The notes: generated by a model not told the origin, from the letters alone. DNA of 64,000 nt from Polyangiaceae bacterium (GCA_033763455.1 JANRKO010000011.1:32001-96000); one strand, 5' to 3'; numbered from the stretch's first letter, positions 20,885 through 30,568 are shown. Made by a program: numbers and translations.

Positions 20885-21838
20885 ATGCAACGTCGTCAAT
20901 TCTTCTTCTTAGGCGCCGCATTCCTCGCCGCCTGCTCTCGCAACTCAAAGCCCTGTGCCGATTGCTCTCCGGGAGCACCGGTAAACGAAGCTCCGGGCGT
21001 CGTGCTCCGAGCGAGCTGGGGGCAAGAGCCCGGACAACTTGGCGTCTCAGATCCCGAAGAGGCAAATCCCGAGGCACCAATGAGCTTGGCGGTGGACCCG
21101 GAGACGGGCGAAGTCTTACTGCTCGATCAAGTCAACCAGCGAGTTCAGGTTTTCGCCGGTAGTTCGCTAAAGCACACGATCGCTCTACCTTCTGGCAATG
21201 CTCAAGATCTCGCATTGCTTCCGAATGGCAACATCGTAGTGGCAGATCGCTTGGTTCAAGGAGAATTGATTGAGCTCGATCGTGAAGGCTCGATTCAGAA
21301 TCGCACGGCGCTCGTGGGCGATGGCATCGAATTCCCAGCCGAGCTCACGGCTCTTTTCAGCAATGAGGAGGGGATTTGGGGGGAGCTTGGGAGCCGCTCC
21401 ATATGGCTCCTCGACAGCACCGGCACGGCGCCTGTGCAGCGCGAAATTCTGCCCGGCTACCCACAAGGCAGCCGCCTTTACAAGGCACAAGGCACCGGCA
21501 AAACGCTTTCGATCACTTCCGCTCCACGCAATGAAGCCACGGGCCAGAAGCAAACAACCTTACAATACCAGAGCGCCGTCACCAGCATCACAACACTTCG
21601 TGTGGACGCCCAAGGCAAGATCTACGTTGCCACCCGCCACCTCGTGGACGACGGAAAATCTTCGTCGGAGTCCTGCTGGATGGTGGTACTAGGTACGGAT
21701 CTGAAAGAAGAGCGTCGCTTCGAGCTGAAGCCGCGTGACGGAGCCCGCGAGATCTTCCGCGATGTTGAGATTGCTCAAACTGGGGCGATCTATCAGCTGC
21801 AGATCACGGCAGACGGTGCCTCGGTGGAAAGGTATTGA
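20885..21838 (+). CDS. Tat-type lipoprotein, NHL/beta-propeller-like
   Basis: MQRRQFFFLGAAFLAAC (twin-Arg plus lipobox); PMSLAVD...LLDQVNQRVQVF NHL-like blade. Confidence 0.75.
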   Translation: MQRRQFFFLGAAFLAACSRNSKPCADCSPGAPVNEAPGVVLRASWGQEPGQLGVSDPEEANPEAPMSLAVDPETGEVLLLDQVNQRVQVFAGSSLKHTIALPSGNAQDLALLPNGNIVVADRLVQGELIELDREGSIQNRTALVGDGIEFPAELTALFSNEEGIWGELGSRSIWLLDSTGTAPVQREILPGYPQGSRLYKAQGTGKTLSITSAPRNEATGQKQTTLQYQSAVTSITTLRVDAQGKIYVATRHLVDDGKSSSESCWMVVLGTDLKEERRFELKPRDGAREIFRDVEIAQTGAIYQLQITADGASVERY

Positions 21839-24234
21839 ACGTGACGCGAGCTACCTTCTTCGCCGTTCTTTCGACATTCTTGCTAATTCTTGGACGCTCT
21901 GCTCACGCCGAGCCCGCACCGATGACTCGGGATGCCATTATTGCGCTGGTGAAGCCAGCTGTGGGCCATGGCTATTACTTTGGCCACAACACCTGGACGA
22001 CAGACGGTTCACGCAAAGGCACCTGCAGTGGCAACTGCACCACCTCGTGCTCCTTTAGCGGAACGATCGGCACCGATTGCTCTGGATTGGTGGGCAAGGC
22101 TTGGCAAGTTCCCGGTCCTTTACCTGTCACCCAAGATAAAGATCACTTCTCGACTGAACTCTTTCGGTTCAAGGAATTGCATTGGACTCGCATTGAGCGC
22201 ACAGAGCTCAAGAAAGGAGATGCGCTCGTCTACCGGAACGCAATGAACAGCGCCGGGCACATTGTCCTCTTCGACAAGCTCGGGGACGATGGTCGCAGGC
22301 TTTGGGTCTACGAAGCCCGTGGTTGCGCGCAAGGCGTCGTCTACAACTTGCGGGATCTAGGCCCGGAATACGTCTCGATTCGCCGAAAGAATTTGATCGA
22401 GTCCGGCCCCATCACTTGTGGAATACATGGCCGCGCCGATGCGTTCGACGGCTGCAGCTGTGACCCGGGATATGCTGGCGCGAGCTGCGAAACGTGCGCA
22501 GCCGGCTTCTACGGCTATCCAAGCTGCGTCCGTGAAGGGTCCAGCTGTGAGCCCTCTGGAGCCATCCAGTGCGGGAACGTAGTACCGGTAACCTCGCTCG
22601 ACTCCACGAGCAATACTAGCAGCCACGCTTGCAATGATTCGGTAGCCAAGAGCGAAGTCATCTACGAGTTTCGCCCCCATGGGCGAGGCCAAGCACACCT
22701 CGCACTCGAAGGCGTCCAAAGTGGGCTAGAGCTGCGGGCGCGCAAACAGCGCTGTGATGCGGAGAGTTGCCTGGGCGCTGCCTCCAGCAACCTCACGCTC
22801 GACTATAGCGAAGGCGATGTTTTCTATATTGCCATCGAAGGCTCTCAGACGTCCGGGTACAACGCCAATCTCAATGTAAATTGTGAGGTTCCGAAGCAAG
22901 CATGGGTGGGCGACGCCTGCCAATCCGATGCCGATTGCGACATGAGTTTTAACGCGGATGCAGGCACAAAAGGCTTCTGTTTCAAACAGGGCACCGCGGC
23001 GTTCTGTTCGCTACCCTGTGAGCGTCTGTGCCCAGATCTCGTTCCCGATAAAGCACAAACCTTCTGTGTTCAACGCCCCAATCAACCGCAAGCCGGCATG
23101 TGTGTGTCCCGTTCGGATCGTCAAAATTCCCAGTGCGGCGCCATTTCCGGCACAGTTGAGTTGCTCTCACAACGCTTTGGGCAAACCAACAAAGAAGCGC
23201 TGAGCTGCGTACCTCTAGGCACCTCGGGATGTTCTCTCCACGGCAGTGTCGTGGCCTTCGACACCACTCCAGAAAGACCAGTCGAAGGTGCCAGCGTGCA
23301 CCTCGAAGGCGTGGGCTTCACCGCAGATACCAAGACGGACGTGCTTGGCAACTACGCGGCCACCGGAATTCCTTGCGGCAGCGTCTCCCTCACGCTTTCG
23401 GCACCAGGTTTTCTAACCGAACACCTAGCGCTCACTTTGGACGGGAGCCAACACCCCGTTAGTCGCCTCAAGGCCCTCCCCGAAGCTTGTGCGGGCCTCG
23501 GCTCGCTCACCGGTAGCGTGTTCGATACTCTCACGAGCGCGGCGGTTGAAGGAGCGCAAATTCAGCTATTTTCAAGCCTAGGCCGAGCGGAAGGCACGCC
23601 CCTCGCTGAGGCCACTTCGGGCGCCTCCGGAATGTACGAGCTCTCACAGGTGCCGGCCGGTCACTACACGGCTCGCATCGAGGCGCCAAGCTATTCCCCA
23701 CTCGAAAAGGAAGTGATCGTGTGCGGCGGACGTACACAGGCGAGCAGCGACTTTTTCGTCGCGAAAGCTACCCAAGCCACCCTGAGCTTCGTGCTTGATT
23801 GGCAACGCCCCTCTGATTTGGATCTTCACTTGCAGCTTCCAAACGGCGAAGAAGTGTACTTTGACGATCTCTGCCGCGGCAGCTCCACGAGCTTTCCCTA
23901 CGCTACGCTCGATGTGGATCACCGTTACGCGGATGGCCCCGAAAGCTTGAGCATCACCGCTCTGATCCCTGGCCGCTACACACTGTTTGTTCACAACTAC
24001 TCCCAGGACTTCACATCCAGTGAGCCCAGCCTTACCGAGTCGGACGCACAGGTTTCCGTCTTTGGCCAGGGAGGCAAGCTCTTGGGGCGCTTTCCAGTCC
24101 CTTCACGCGGTTCGGGCCTGTACTGGGACGTGCTTTCCTTCGAGGGTTTACACCCTGAAAAGCTGACGCCAATTCAACGTCTCCAATCCGATCGATTGCG
24201 CCCTGAAGACTATGTCCAGGCTTGTCGCCCGTGA
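21835..24234 (+). CDS. Secreted multidomain NlpC/P60-like cysteine hydrolase with EGF-like/Cys-rich, carboxypeptidase-regulatory-like and YfaP-like domains
   Basis: Signal peptide; DCSGLV (Cys), GHIVL (His), YEARG; CSCDPGYAGASCETCAAGFYG laminin-EGF; two GSV..D..PVEGA repeats; SDLDLHL...LDVD...GPE. Confidence 0.75.
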   Translation: MNVTRATFFAVLSTFLLILGRSAHAEPAPMTRDAIIALVKPAVGHGYYFGHNTWTTDGSRKGTCSGNCTTSCSFSGTIGTDCSGLVGKAWQVPGPLPVTQDKDHFSTELFRFKELHWTRIERTELKKGDALVYRNAMNSAGHIVLFDKLGDDGRRLWVYEARGCAQGVVYNLRDLGPEYVSIRRKNLIESGPITCGIHGRADAFDGCSCDPGYAGASCETCAAGFYGYPSCVREGSSCEPSGAIQCGNVVPVTSLDSTSNTSSHACNDSVAKSEVIYEFRPHGRGQAHLALEGVQSGLELRARKQRCDAESCLGAASSNLTLDYSEGDVFYIAIEGSQTSGYNANLNVNCEVPKQAWVGDACQSDADCDMSFNADAGTKGFCFKQGTAAFCSLPCERLCPDLVPDKAQTFCVQRPNQPQAGMCVSRSDRQNSQCGAISGTVELLSQRFGQTNKEALSCVPLGTSGCSLHGSVVAFDTTPERPVEGASVHLEGVGFTADTKTDVLGNYAATGIPCGSVSLTLSAPGFLTEHLALTLDGSQHPVSRLKALPEACAGLGSLTGSVFDTLTSAAVEGAQIQLFSSLGRAEGTPLAEATSGASGMYELSQVPAGHYTARIEAPSYSPLEKEVIVCGGRTQASSDFFVAKATQATLSFVLDWQRPSDLDLHLQLPNGEEVYFDDLCRGSSTSFPYATLDVDHRYADGPESLSITALIPGRYTLFVHNYSQDFTSSEPSLTESDAQVSVFGQGGKLLGRFPVPSRGSGLYWDVLSFEGLHPEKLTPIQRLQSDRLRPEDYVQACRP

Positions 24235-24418
24235 AGCTTGCTGGGTTGTTCGGAGATTTCGTTTTGCTGCGCTGATTCTGGCCAAATAGTCCGTGAATTT
24301 GCCGCCACTCTGGCCAAATTCTCCGCTGCTCGCGTGCTACCGTTTACCACGATTAAGCCCACTTTGGGCAACGCCCTGCCGTGAAGCGGCCGGCGTTCGA
24401 TAGTGCGTCTAGGTAAGG

Positions 24419-24435
24419 TTGGCAAACACGATGCG
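24419..24435 (+). promoter_or_regulatory. Putative sigma54 (-24/-12) promoter
   Basis: TTGGCAAACACGATGCG, GG-N10-GC; overlaps ATG 24431, so either the promoter or the start call is uncertain. Confidence 0.4.
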
Positions 24436-25486
24436 AAGTCCGAAATTGGGGCAACTTTCAAAGACATTGATCTTCCTCGCCCTTTGGACGGCATCTGCGT
24501 GCGGTAACGGTAACGGCGACCGAGGCTCGTCCCCCGCGACCACCGCTGCCACTGGAGGAGCACAAGCCATGGGTGGCACGGCGATGACTGGGGGCGAAAC
24601 TGCTAGTGCAACCGGCGGCTCACGGTCCGTCGGAGGTGCGTCGAGTACGCCTAACGCCGGAGGCCGCTTGGGTGTCGGAGGCTCCCAGACCCTTCCCACT
24701 GGCGGCGCCAATTCGCTAGGCGGCTCACCCACCGCTTCCCTGGGTGGTATGAACACACTTGGCGGCAGCGGAAGCCTAGGCACCGGAGGTGTACCTGCGA
24801 TTGCTGAGCCGGCCTCCAAAAATTGGGTTTACATCATGCTCGGGCAATCCAATATGCAGGGCTATTCGCCGCTGGAAGCGGGAGACATGGTAGCGCCACC
24901 TCGCGTGTTCAAAATGCTGGACGACAAGAGCTGGGCGGGAGCGAGCGAGCCGGCAGGGGTGTGGCCTACGTTCTTGTCGCCCTGCCGTAGCTTCGGGATG
25001 AAACTTTTGGAGAAGGTGGCGGACCCGGACGTGAAGATCTACCTCATCAATGCGGCTATTGGAGGCACTAGCATTGAGGACTGGAATCCTGCGAACGGTG
25101 AACAGTATTTGAACATGCTTCCCTACCTAGAGGCCGGAATGCAAATGGGCATCGTACGCGGTTTCATCTGGCATCAAGGGGAATCGAACGATGACGCAAC
25201 TGCCCCCGAGTACATCGGCAAGTTCGTTGAGCTCATCGCTGCGGTGCGAGCCAAAGTGGGTGACCCAACGTTGCCGGTAGTTGCCGGCGAAATTGGTTCG
25301 ACCAACTCCAACAAGGAAATCAACAAAGCGCTCGGCATGATGGCTACCATGGACCCATTGTTCAGAGTTGCATCCGCAGAAGGCCTGACCATGTTAGGCC
25401 CCACGGATCCACATTTCGATTCTGCCTCTGAACGCCTGATGGGCGAAAGAATGGCGAACGCTTGGTGGTCTATCTTGGGCAAATAG
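24431..25486 (+). CDS. Sialate O-acetylesterase (SASA/CE6) family lipoprotein
   Basis: GQSNM, GGTSI, WHQGESN, DPHF; ASAC lipobox; Gly/Thr linker. Confidence 0.88.
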   Translation: MRSPKLGQLSKTLIFLALWTASACGNGNGDRGSSPATTAATGGAQAMGGTAMTGGETASATGGSRSVGGASSTPNAGGRLGVGGSQTLPTGGANSLGGSPTASLGGMNTLGGSGSLGTGGVPAIAEPASKNWVYIMLGQSNMQGYSPLEAGDMVAPPRVFKMLDDKSWAGASEPAGVWPTFLSPCRSFGMKLLEKVADPDVKIYLINAAIGGTSIEDWNPANGEQYLNMLPYLEAGMQMGIVRGFIWHQGESNDDATAPEYIGKFVELIAAVRAKVGDPTLPVVAGEIGSTNSNKEINKALGMMATMDPLFRVASAEGLTMLGPTDPHFDSASERLMGERMANAWWSILGK

Positions 25487-25567
25487 GCGTGTATTTGCGC
25501 CTGAGCGCAAGGATGTTCGTCACGCCGCAAGCAGCCACTTGAAGGCAGCCAAGGGCGAAAATGGGGA

Positions 25568-26794
25568 TCAGAGGCTGGCGAACGGGATGGAGACGATGTC
25601 GTCGCTGAGGCGACGGCAAACTTCGTCGTTGTTGATCACTATGCCACAGGCGCACTTCCATTCTCTGATGAAGTCCGTGAGCGCGCGAAGGTCGCGGCTG
25701 GCGATGCTCTGAGTGCGCTTGATTTCGATCGGAATGAGACCGAAATCTCCTTCGAGCACGAGATCAATTTCAGCTCCCCCTCCGGTTCGATAGTAGGAGG
25801 CCTCGTAAGCCACGCCGCTCCCTTCAAGGCCGCGCAAGATATTCTCGATGACCATTCCCTCCCAAGACGAGCCTCCCGCGGGATGACTGAGCAACGATTG
25901 TTGATCTGGGATTCGGAGCAGGTGGTGGAGCAAGCCGCTATCGCGGAGGTAGCCCCGCGGGTGGCGAACGAGACGTTTGAGCGTCCGTTTGTCAAAGGCC
26001 GGCAACGTTCGCCACAAGAACGAGCCGTGCGCGATCTCAAAATAATCCTTTGCTGTCGGTTGAGACACATTGAGCGCTCGCGCCACGTCCGCGTAGTTGA
26101 TGATGCTCCCTGAAAGACCTGCGAGCATGCGAACAAAGGCTCGAAAGCGCTCCCGATTGAGGCCCGGAAACAGCCTGGCCACATCACGCTCGACATACGT
26201 TTTTACATATTGCTCGGCCCACACCTTGCGAAAACGCTCGGATTTTGCGAGCCACGGCTCCGGGTAGCCACCCTGAAGCCAGTAGCGATGCAGATCACCG
26301 ACGCCAAATCTTGGAGGGAACGACTGGCTCAGCATTTCAGGGGTTACTTCGCGCGCGCGCAAGCTATTGGCAAACGGTGAAGTCGGGATCGCGAGGGCCT
26401 CCGACGCTGTGAAAGGAGCCATTTCGATGATCCCGACCCGACCGGCAAGGCTCTCTGAGATCGCACGTACGAGTGCCGGGGAGCTTGAGCCCGTGACGAC
26501 AAAGCGACCCTTCTGGGCGCGCTCGCGGTCGATTTCCACGCGCAAGGCCGAAAATAGAGGCGGCAGGAGCTGGGCTTCATCGAACGCTGCTTTCTGAGGG
26601 TGGAGCCGAAGAAAGAGAGCTGGGTCGCGCGCGATAGCTCGGTAGTCGGCATCTTTTTCGAGGTCGAAGCGGGTCCACGTCGCCGGCAGGGAGCCGAGTA
26701 GCGTCGTTTTCCCGCACTGCCTGGGCCCAAGCAGCGCGACCGCTGGAAAAATCGTTAAATATTCAGCTATTAAGGCCTCCACCAGACGTTTCAT
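25568..26794 (-). CDS. AAA_14 ATPase with DUF4143 domain
   Basis: GPRQCGKTT, FDEAQ, VTGSS, GGYPE, YLRDSGLL, EIDLV...PIEIK. Confidence 0.92.
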   Translation of the reverse strand: MKRLVEALIAEYLTIFPAVALLGPRQCGKTTLLGSLPATWTRFDLEKDADYRAIARDPALFLRLHPQKAAFDEAQLLPPLFSALRVEIDRERAQKGRFVVTGSSSPALVRAISESLAGRVGIIEMAPFTASEALAIPTSPFANSLRAREVTPEMLSQSFPPRFGVGDLHRYWLQGGYPEPWLAKSERFRKVWAEQYVKTYVERDVARLFPGLNRERFRAFVRMLAGLSGSIINYADVARALNVSQPTAKDYFEIAHGSFLWRTLPAFDKRTLKRLVRHPRGYLRDSGLLHHLLRIPDQQSLLSHPAGGSSWEGMVIENILRGLEGSGVAYEASYYRTGGGAEIDLVLEGDFGLIPIEIKRTQSIASRDLRALTDFIREWKCACGIVINNDEVCRRLSDDIVSIPFASL

Positions 26795-26801
26795 AGTATG
26801 C

Positions 26802-26830
26802 ATTATCAAAGTTTAGGTTTGATATTGCAA
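26802..26830 (-). promoter_or_regulatory. sigma70-type promoter with embedded palindromic operator, likely leaderless
   Basis: TTGCAA-17bp-GATAAT on the minus strand; TATCAAA-N7-TTTGATA inverted repeat; ATG 26794 near the predicted +1. Confidence 0.6.
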
Positions 26831-26992
26831 GGTCCGTTCTTCGGGGTGAGCCGCCACCTTGCCCTGAAAGCCTATCCCACCTCAGCACTTGGGAAGCAGC
26901 CCACCCAAGCCGGTGGAGAGGGTCAAGGATGGCGCACAGCCCTGAGCAGAAACTCCACAACTCTGAATACCCGTGGCCGAGTGGGGGGGCAT

Positions 26993-28813
26993 ATGGGTTT
27001 CCGAGACGAACGCGGCGCAATGATGGTGATCGGCGTCTTCATGGCGACGTTCCTGGTCGGCGTTCTCTACTACCTGATTGGCACCGCTGAAGCCGTTTTC
27101 TTTCGGGAAGGCATGCAAGACGCTGCCGATGCAGCAGCGCTCGGGGCGGCGATTGCCCACGCGCGTGGCATGAACTTTATCGCCCTCGTGAATCTGTTGA
27201 TGGCCGCCCTCGTGACGATCCTCTTGACCCTAAAGTTGATCGAGACGGTAGTTATCATTCTGATGGGTGTGCTCACGGCCCTTGCGGCCACCGGGGTTTT
27301 GGCACCTGGGGCCGCGCCCGCCATCACGGCGCTCGAGCCCGTACGCGCAAACGTGAACGCCTTACATGCGCAAGCGAAGGCAATTATCTTCCCGATGTTG
27401 CAGGGCATGAGCCAAGTGAGCAATGCGGTACGCGTGTCGACCCCAGCGGTTGCAGAGCTGCTGACGATAGCTGACGTAGTCAATGGCCGGGACCCTGCAG
27501 ATTTTGGGTTCATGTTGCCGATGCGGATGACGCTCCCGGTAGAGCGTGATCAGTTTTCCGTGCTGTGTGCACGCGCTGGGAGCAATCTCACCCAGCTCGC
27601 TCTCGCACCTTTCAGTGAAGGGGTTTTTACGGTAGTGCGACGCACCATCGATAGCGCGATGAGGAAGCTCGCGGGCTCTCTTTCGGGCTATTTCTGCGGT
27701 GATCCTGGCTCCGAGCCGCCTTCCGTGGAGTTACCCGTGAGGCGCGCGTTTCCTCTCACTGAGCTCGGGAACGCGTGTGTCAAGGAAGCGGAATCGGGCA
27801 CGAGCGATGGCCCAGCCTGTGCCAAAGCCAAAGCAGAAAGCGAACAGGCTGAACCCGACAGCCGCGGCGAATGCAGAAACCAGTGTAAGCCTGGAGAGCT
27901 CTTCGATCGCTACGCTTCCCTTGCGCGCGAGCAGTGCAACCCTGAGCAATCCAGCGGGATTGAATCTTGGAGATGGCAACAGGTGTGGGTAACGGAGAAG
28001 CTCAAGTGGTCCGAGCCTGATGGAGCATGGCTTTCCGATAGTTTGGTTACGAGCGATCAGCGCGTCACCTCAGGGGAAGCCTCACCGTGCAGGGCTTTGG
28101 GTCCTGACGCGACCTGGAACGCAGCTCGCCACACGCCCGAAGATCCCACCAAAGTGCTCCCCGTGTGTACCAGCGAACTCAAAGAGCCATCGCTATTTTT
28201 CCCCAAAACTCAGATCTTCACTCGCCGCTATCAGGCTGTCACGGATGTGTTCAATTGCCTGCGCAACGTGAACGCCACGTACAAGATGAAAGCCCCTGAA
28301 CGCGCCAGAACATCCGGCAAAGAAAATCCCTGGAAAGTGGAAGACGGCGTGGAGCTCGGCCAAGAAGCCTTTCAGATCCGCACCGTAGCTTTGGGTGGCA
28401 CGGGAGATTTGCGCGCTGAATCCGGCGTACGCATCGCCACTTGGGTGGATTGCAGCGGGGGCAAGAATGCCTCAAAAGAAGAATGCCAGGGTGCGGGCAT
28501 CTTTGCTGGCGCAGCTGATCTGCTCGGGCGAATGTCCGTGGCGCAAGCTGAATACTACTTTGAGGGGTCGGTAAAGCGCGAAGAATGGATGTGGAACATG
28601 AATTGGCGCGCGCGCCTGAAACGTTTTCGCCTGCCTGACACCCAACAAAAGCCCGAGAAGAACCCATCAAGTGCCGAGGCCGAACAATTCGGAGGCAAGA
28701 ATGCAGCGAAAAGCTCCGAAGAATCTTGTGGACGCGCCACCGGCAGCCAGCCCGGGCGCTGCCAGCAAATGACAAGCACCCTCGACGTGCTTTCTTCGGT
28801 AGTGAAGCACTGA
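26993..28813 (+). CDS. TadG-like (Tad N-terminal) Cys-rich pilus-associated protein
   Basis: DERG/AMMVIGVF, MQDAADAAALGAA...ARGMN Tad signature; start ATG 26993. Confidence 0.82.
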   Translation: MGFRDERGAMMVIGVFMATFLVGVLYYLIGTAEAVFFREGMQDAADAAALGAAIAHARGMNFIALVNLLMAALVTILLTLKLIETVVIILMGVLTALAATGVLAPGAAPAITALEPVRANVNALHAQAKAIIFPMLQGMSQVSNAVRVSTPAVAELLTIADVVNGRDPADFGFMLPMRMTLPVERDQFSVLCARAGSNLTQLALAPFSEGVFTVVRRTIDSAMRKLAGSLSGYFCGDPGSEPPSVELPVRRAFPLTELGNACVKEAESGTSDGPACAKAKAESEQAEPDSRGECRNQCKPGELFDRYASLAREQCNPEQSSGIESWRWQQVWVTEKLKWSEPDGAWLSDSLVTSDQRVTSGEASPCRALGPDATWNAARHTPEDPTKVLPVCTSELKEPSLFFPKTQIFTRRYQAVTDVFNCLRNVNATYKMKAPERARTSGKENPWKVEDGVELGQEAFQIRTVALGGTGDLRAESGVRIATWVDCSGGKNASKEECQGAGIFAGAADLLGRMSVAQAEYYFEGSVKREEWMWNMNWRARLKRFRLPDTQQKPEKNPSSAEAEQFGGKNAAKSSEESCGRATGSQPGRCQQMTSTLDVLSSVVKH

Positions 28814-28820
28814 GGCCGCC

Positions 28821-29327
28821 ATGAAGGATCTCCGCTCTGAAAGAGGCGTGGCAAGTGTCGAAGCCGTAATCCTCCTGCCAATCTTCCTTCTTTTGTTTTT
28901 TGGCATTCTTTACGTGGCGCGCGTGAACGACGCCAAGCTTGTCGCGCTCACCGAAGCTCGCAGCCAGGCGTGGATAGCCTCGATGCAGTCATGCGAAGGT
29001 TCTTCCGCTGAGCAAAATCAACAGCACCCTGAAGCTAAGGGAGTTCACGATGCCGTCGGCAAAGCGCTTACGCCCAGTACTCAATCCACCTCCAATACCA
29101 CGTCACTTCCCATTGGTGGCGTAATCGGCAAGATCCTGAATGCTCCGCTCAAAACCCTGTTTGGAGAAAGCGTCACCACACACGCTTCGCGCACCGTTCC
29201 CCGCCCGGCATTCCTCGGAGGCAAGGAAGCTACCGTTGTCGGCAGTTACCGGCTGCCGTGCAACCTCAAGCCGCAAACCCTCTGGGATGTAGCCTCTTCC
29301 CTCTGGGACGCAATCTGGCCCTTTTAG
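28821..29327 (+). CDS. tadE: TadE-family pseudopilin
   Basis: ERG/VASVEAVILLPIFLLLFFGI. Confidence 0.88.
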   Translation: MKDLRSERGVASVEAVILLPIFLLLFFGILYVARVNDAKLVALTEARSQAWIASMQSCEGSSAEQNQQHPEAKGVHDAVGKALTPSTQSTSNTTSLPIGGVIGKILNAPLKTLFGESVTTHASRTVPRPAFLGGKEATVVGSYRLPCNLKPQTLWDVASSLWDAIWPF

Positions 29328-29427
29328 CCAGGCCGCCGCTGCGCATTCAGAGGCCTTCCAACGATGAATCCGCACAACGCCTGAATCCGTACCACCAGCC
29401 ATTCACCTCTTCGGAAAGCTTGCTCGC

Positions 29428-30336
29428 GTGACCTTCCTGTTCCTCTTGTTCTCATCTCGGCTTCGCTCACACCTATTTGCACTCCTTCGCGTGGGAGCGC
29501 TTCTCATCGTGTGCAATGTGCTTTTAGCGTTGTTTTGTTTGAGCCGAGCGCGGGCTGACATCACCGAAGCCTTGCTTTCTATGGGCGCTCCCTTCCTGAA
29601 CCTTCCGGGCAGTGAAGCCCACGGTGTTCAGTCTCTACAGGTAAACGGCGCAATATTTCACACCCAGAGCATGAGCCTACCTCAGCCTTGGAGGCGCGTG
29701 CTCGCGGCAGTAGCCAAAGAGTGCAAAAAGAGCGGGCTCGTTGAGCTTGACCAAAAGGGCTGGAAGGCGGTGGCCTCAGCTGACCCCACGGGAAGCGCTT
29801 CGCAGGTATTGCGTGGAGTGTGGCAGGTTGAAGGTGAAGACGAAGGTGTCTTAATTTGCCTTCAAGGCCAACACCCCACACATCTGCAAGAATGGCTCAA
29901 GGCACTGCAAGATTTTGCTCGCACCGGAGCGCTCTCAACCTTAGGGCGCCCTCGCTACGTTCGGGTTCGCCGCACCAAAGACGGAGGATCCGTTTTGCTC
30001 ACGGTGTGGTCCGATGCGGTCCTGAACCTCAAGCGTATGTTTCCGGAAAGCGGAGATTCCCCAGGGAAAGACGCTGAATGGGCTGCGCGTCCCCCGGAAA
30101 GCCGCCGCGTTTTTTCCGCTACAACCACCGCGGCTGGGCCTGCCGTTACAGCTTATCACTCCCGGCAGCCTCCCGAAACCCTGCGCACCTTCTACCGAAA
30201 TGCTCTCACCAAAGATCACTGGGCGTTGGCCTCTGGTACCGAAATTTTGAGTGGCACACGCCCCGATCAGGAGATCCGAGTTCAAGTGCAACGCGATGCG
30301 AACGGTGGGAGCTGGGTCACACTGAGTCAGCTGTAG
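29428..30336 (+). CDS. Hypothetical exported protein following tadG/tadE
   Basis: Long ORF with N-terminal hydrophobic segment ending ARA; co-oriented. Confidence 0.6.
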   Translation: MTFLFLLFSSRLRSHLFALLRVGALLIVCNVLLALFCLSRARADITEALLSMGAPFLNLPGSEAHGVQSLQVNGAIFHTQSMSLPQPWRRVLAAVAKECKKSGLVELDQKGWKAVASADPTGSASQVLRGVWQVEGEDEGVLICLQGQHPTHLQEWLKALQDFARTGALSTLGRPRYVRVRRTKDGGSVLLTVWSDAVLNLKRMFPESGDSPGKDAEWAARPPESRRVFSATTTAAGPAVTAYHSRQPPETLRTFYRNALTKDHWALASGTEILSGTRPDQEIRVQVQRDANGGSWVTLSQL

Positions 30337-30379
30337 GTCTAAAATAGTTCTTGCGCAAACGTGCAGGCTCTGCAAATCT

Positions 30380-30463
30380 ATGTCGGCAATGTTTAGCGTT
30401 CGCACTAACACTACGACTACCACCACCCTTCGGGGCGGTATGGTCGTTGTGTTTTCGCGCTAA
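30380..30463 (+). CDS. Thr-rich leader peptide (MSAMFSVRTNTTTTTTLRGGMVVVFSR)
   Basis: 7 Thr codons (6 consecutive), ending 105 nt upstream of the ThrRS start; too short for the ORF track. Confidence 0.85.
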   Translation: MSAMFSVRTNTTTTTTLRGGMVVVFSR

Positions 30464-30560
30464 GCCGCATCAACTCAACCCCCACATCCCGCCCTTGCGT
30501 GCGGGACCGTTGGTGTTGGCTCCGTGCGCTTCGGCTTCTTTACACCGAACCACAGGAGCC
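30407..30560 (+). promoter_or_regulatory. Ribosome-mediated attenuator of thrS2
   Basis: Hairpin over the Thr codons with a cUUCGg loop; GCCGCATCAAC:GTTGGTGTTGGC helix competes with GGCTCCGTG:CACAGGAGCC, which sequesters the AGGAG SD. Confidence 0.75.
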
Positions 30561-30568
30561 TTTCACCC

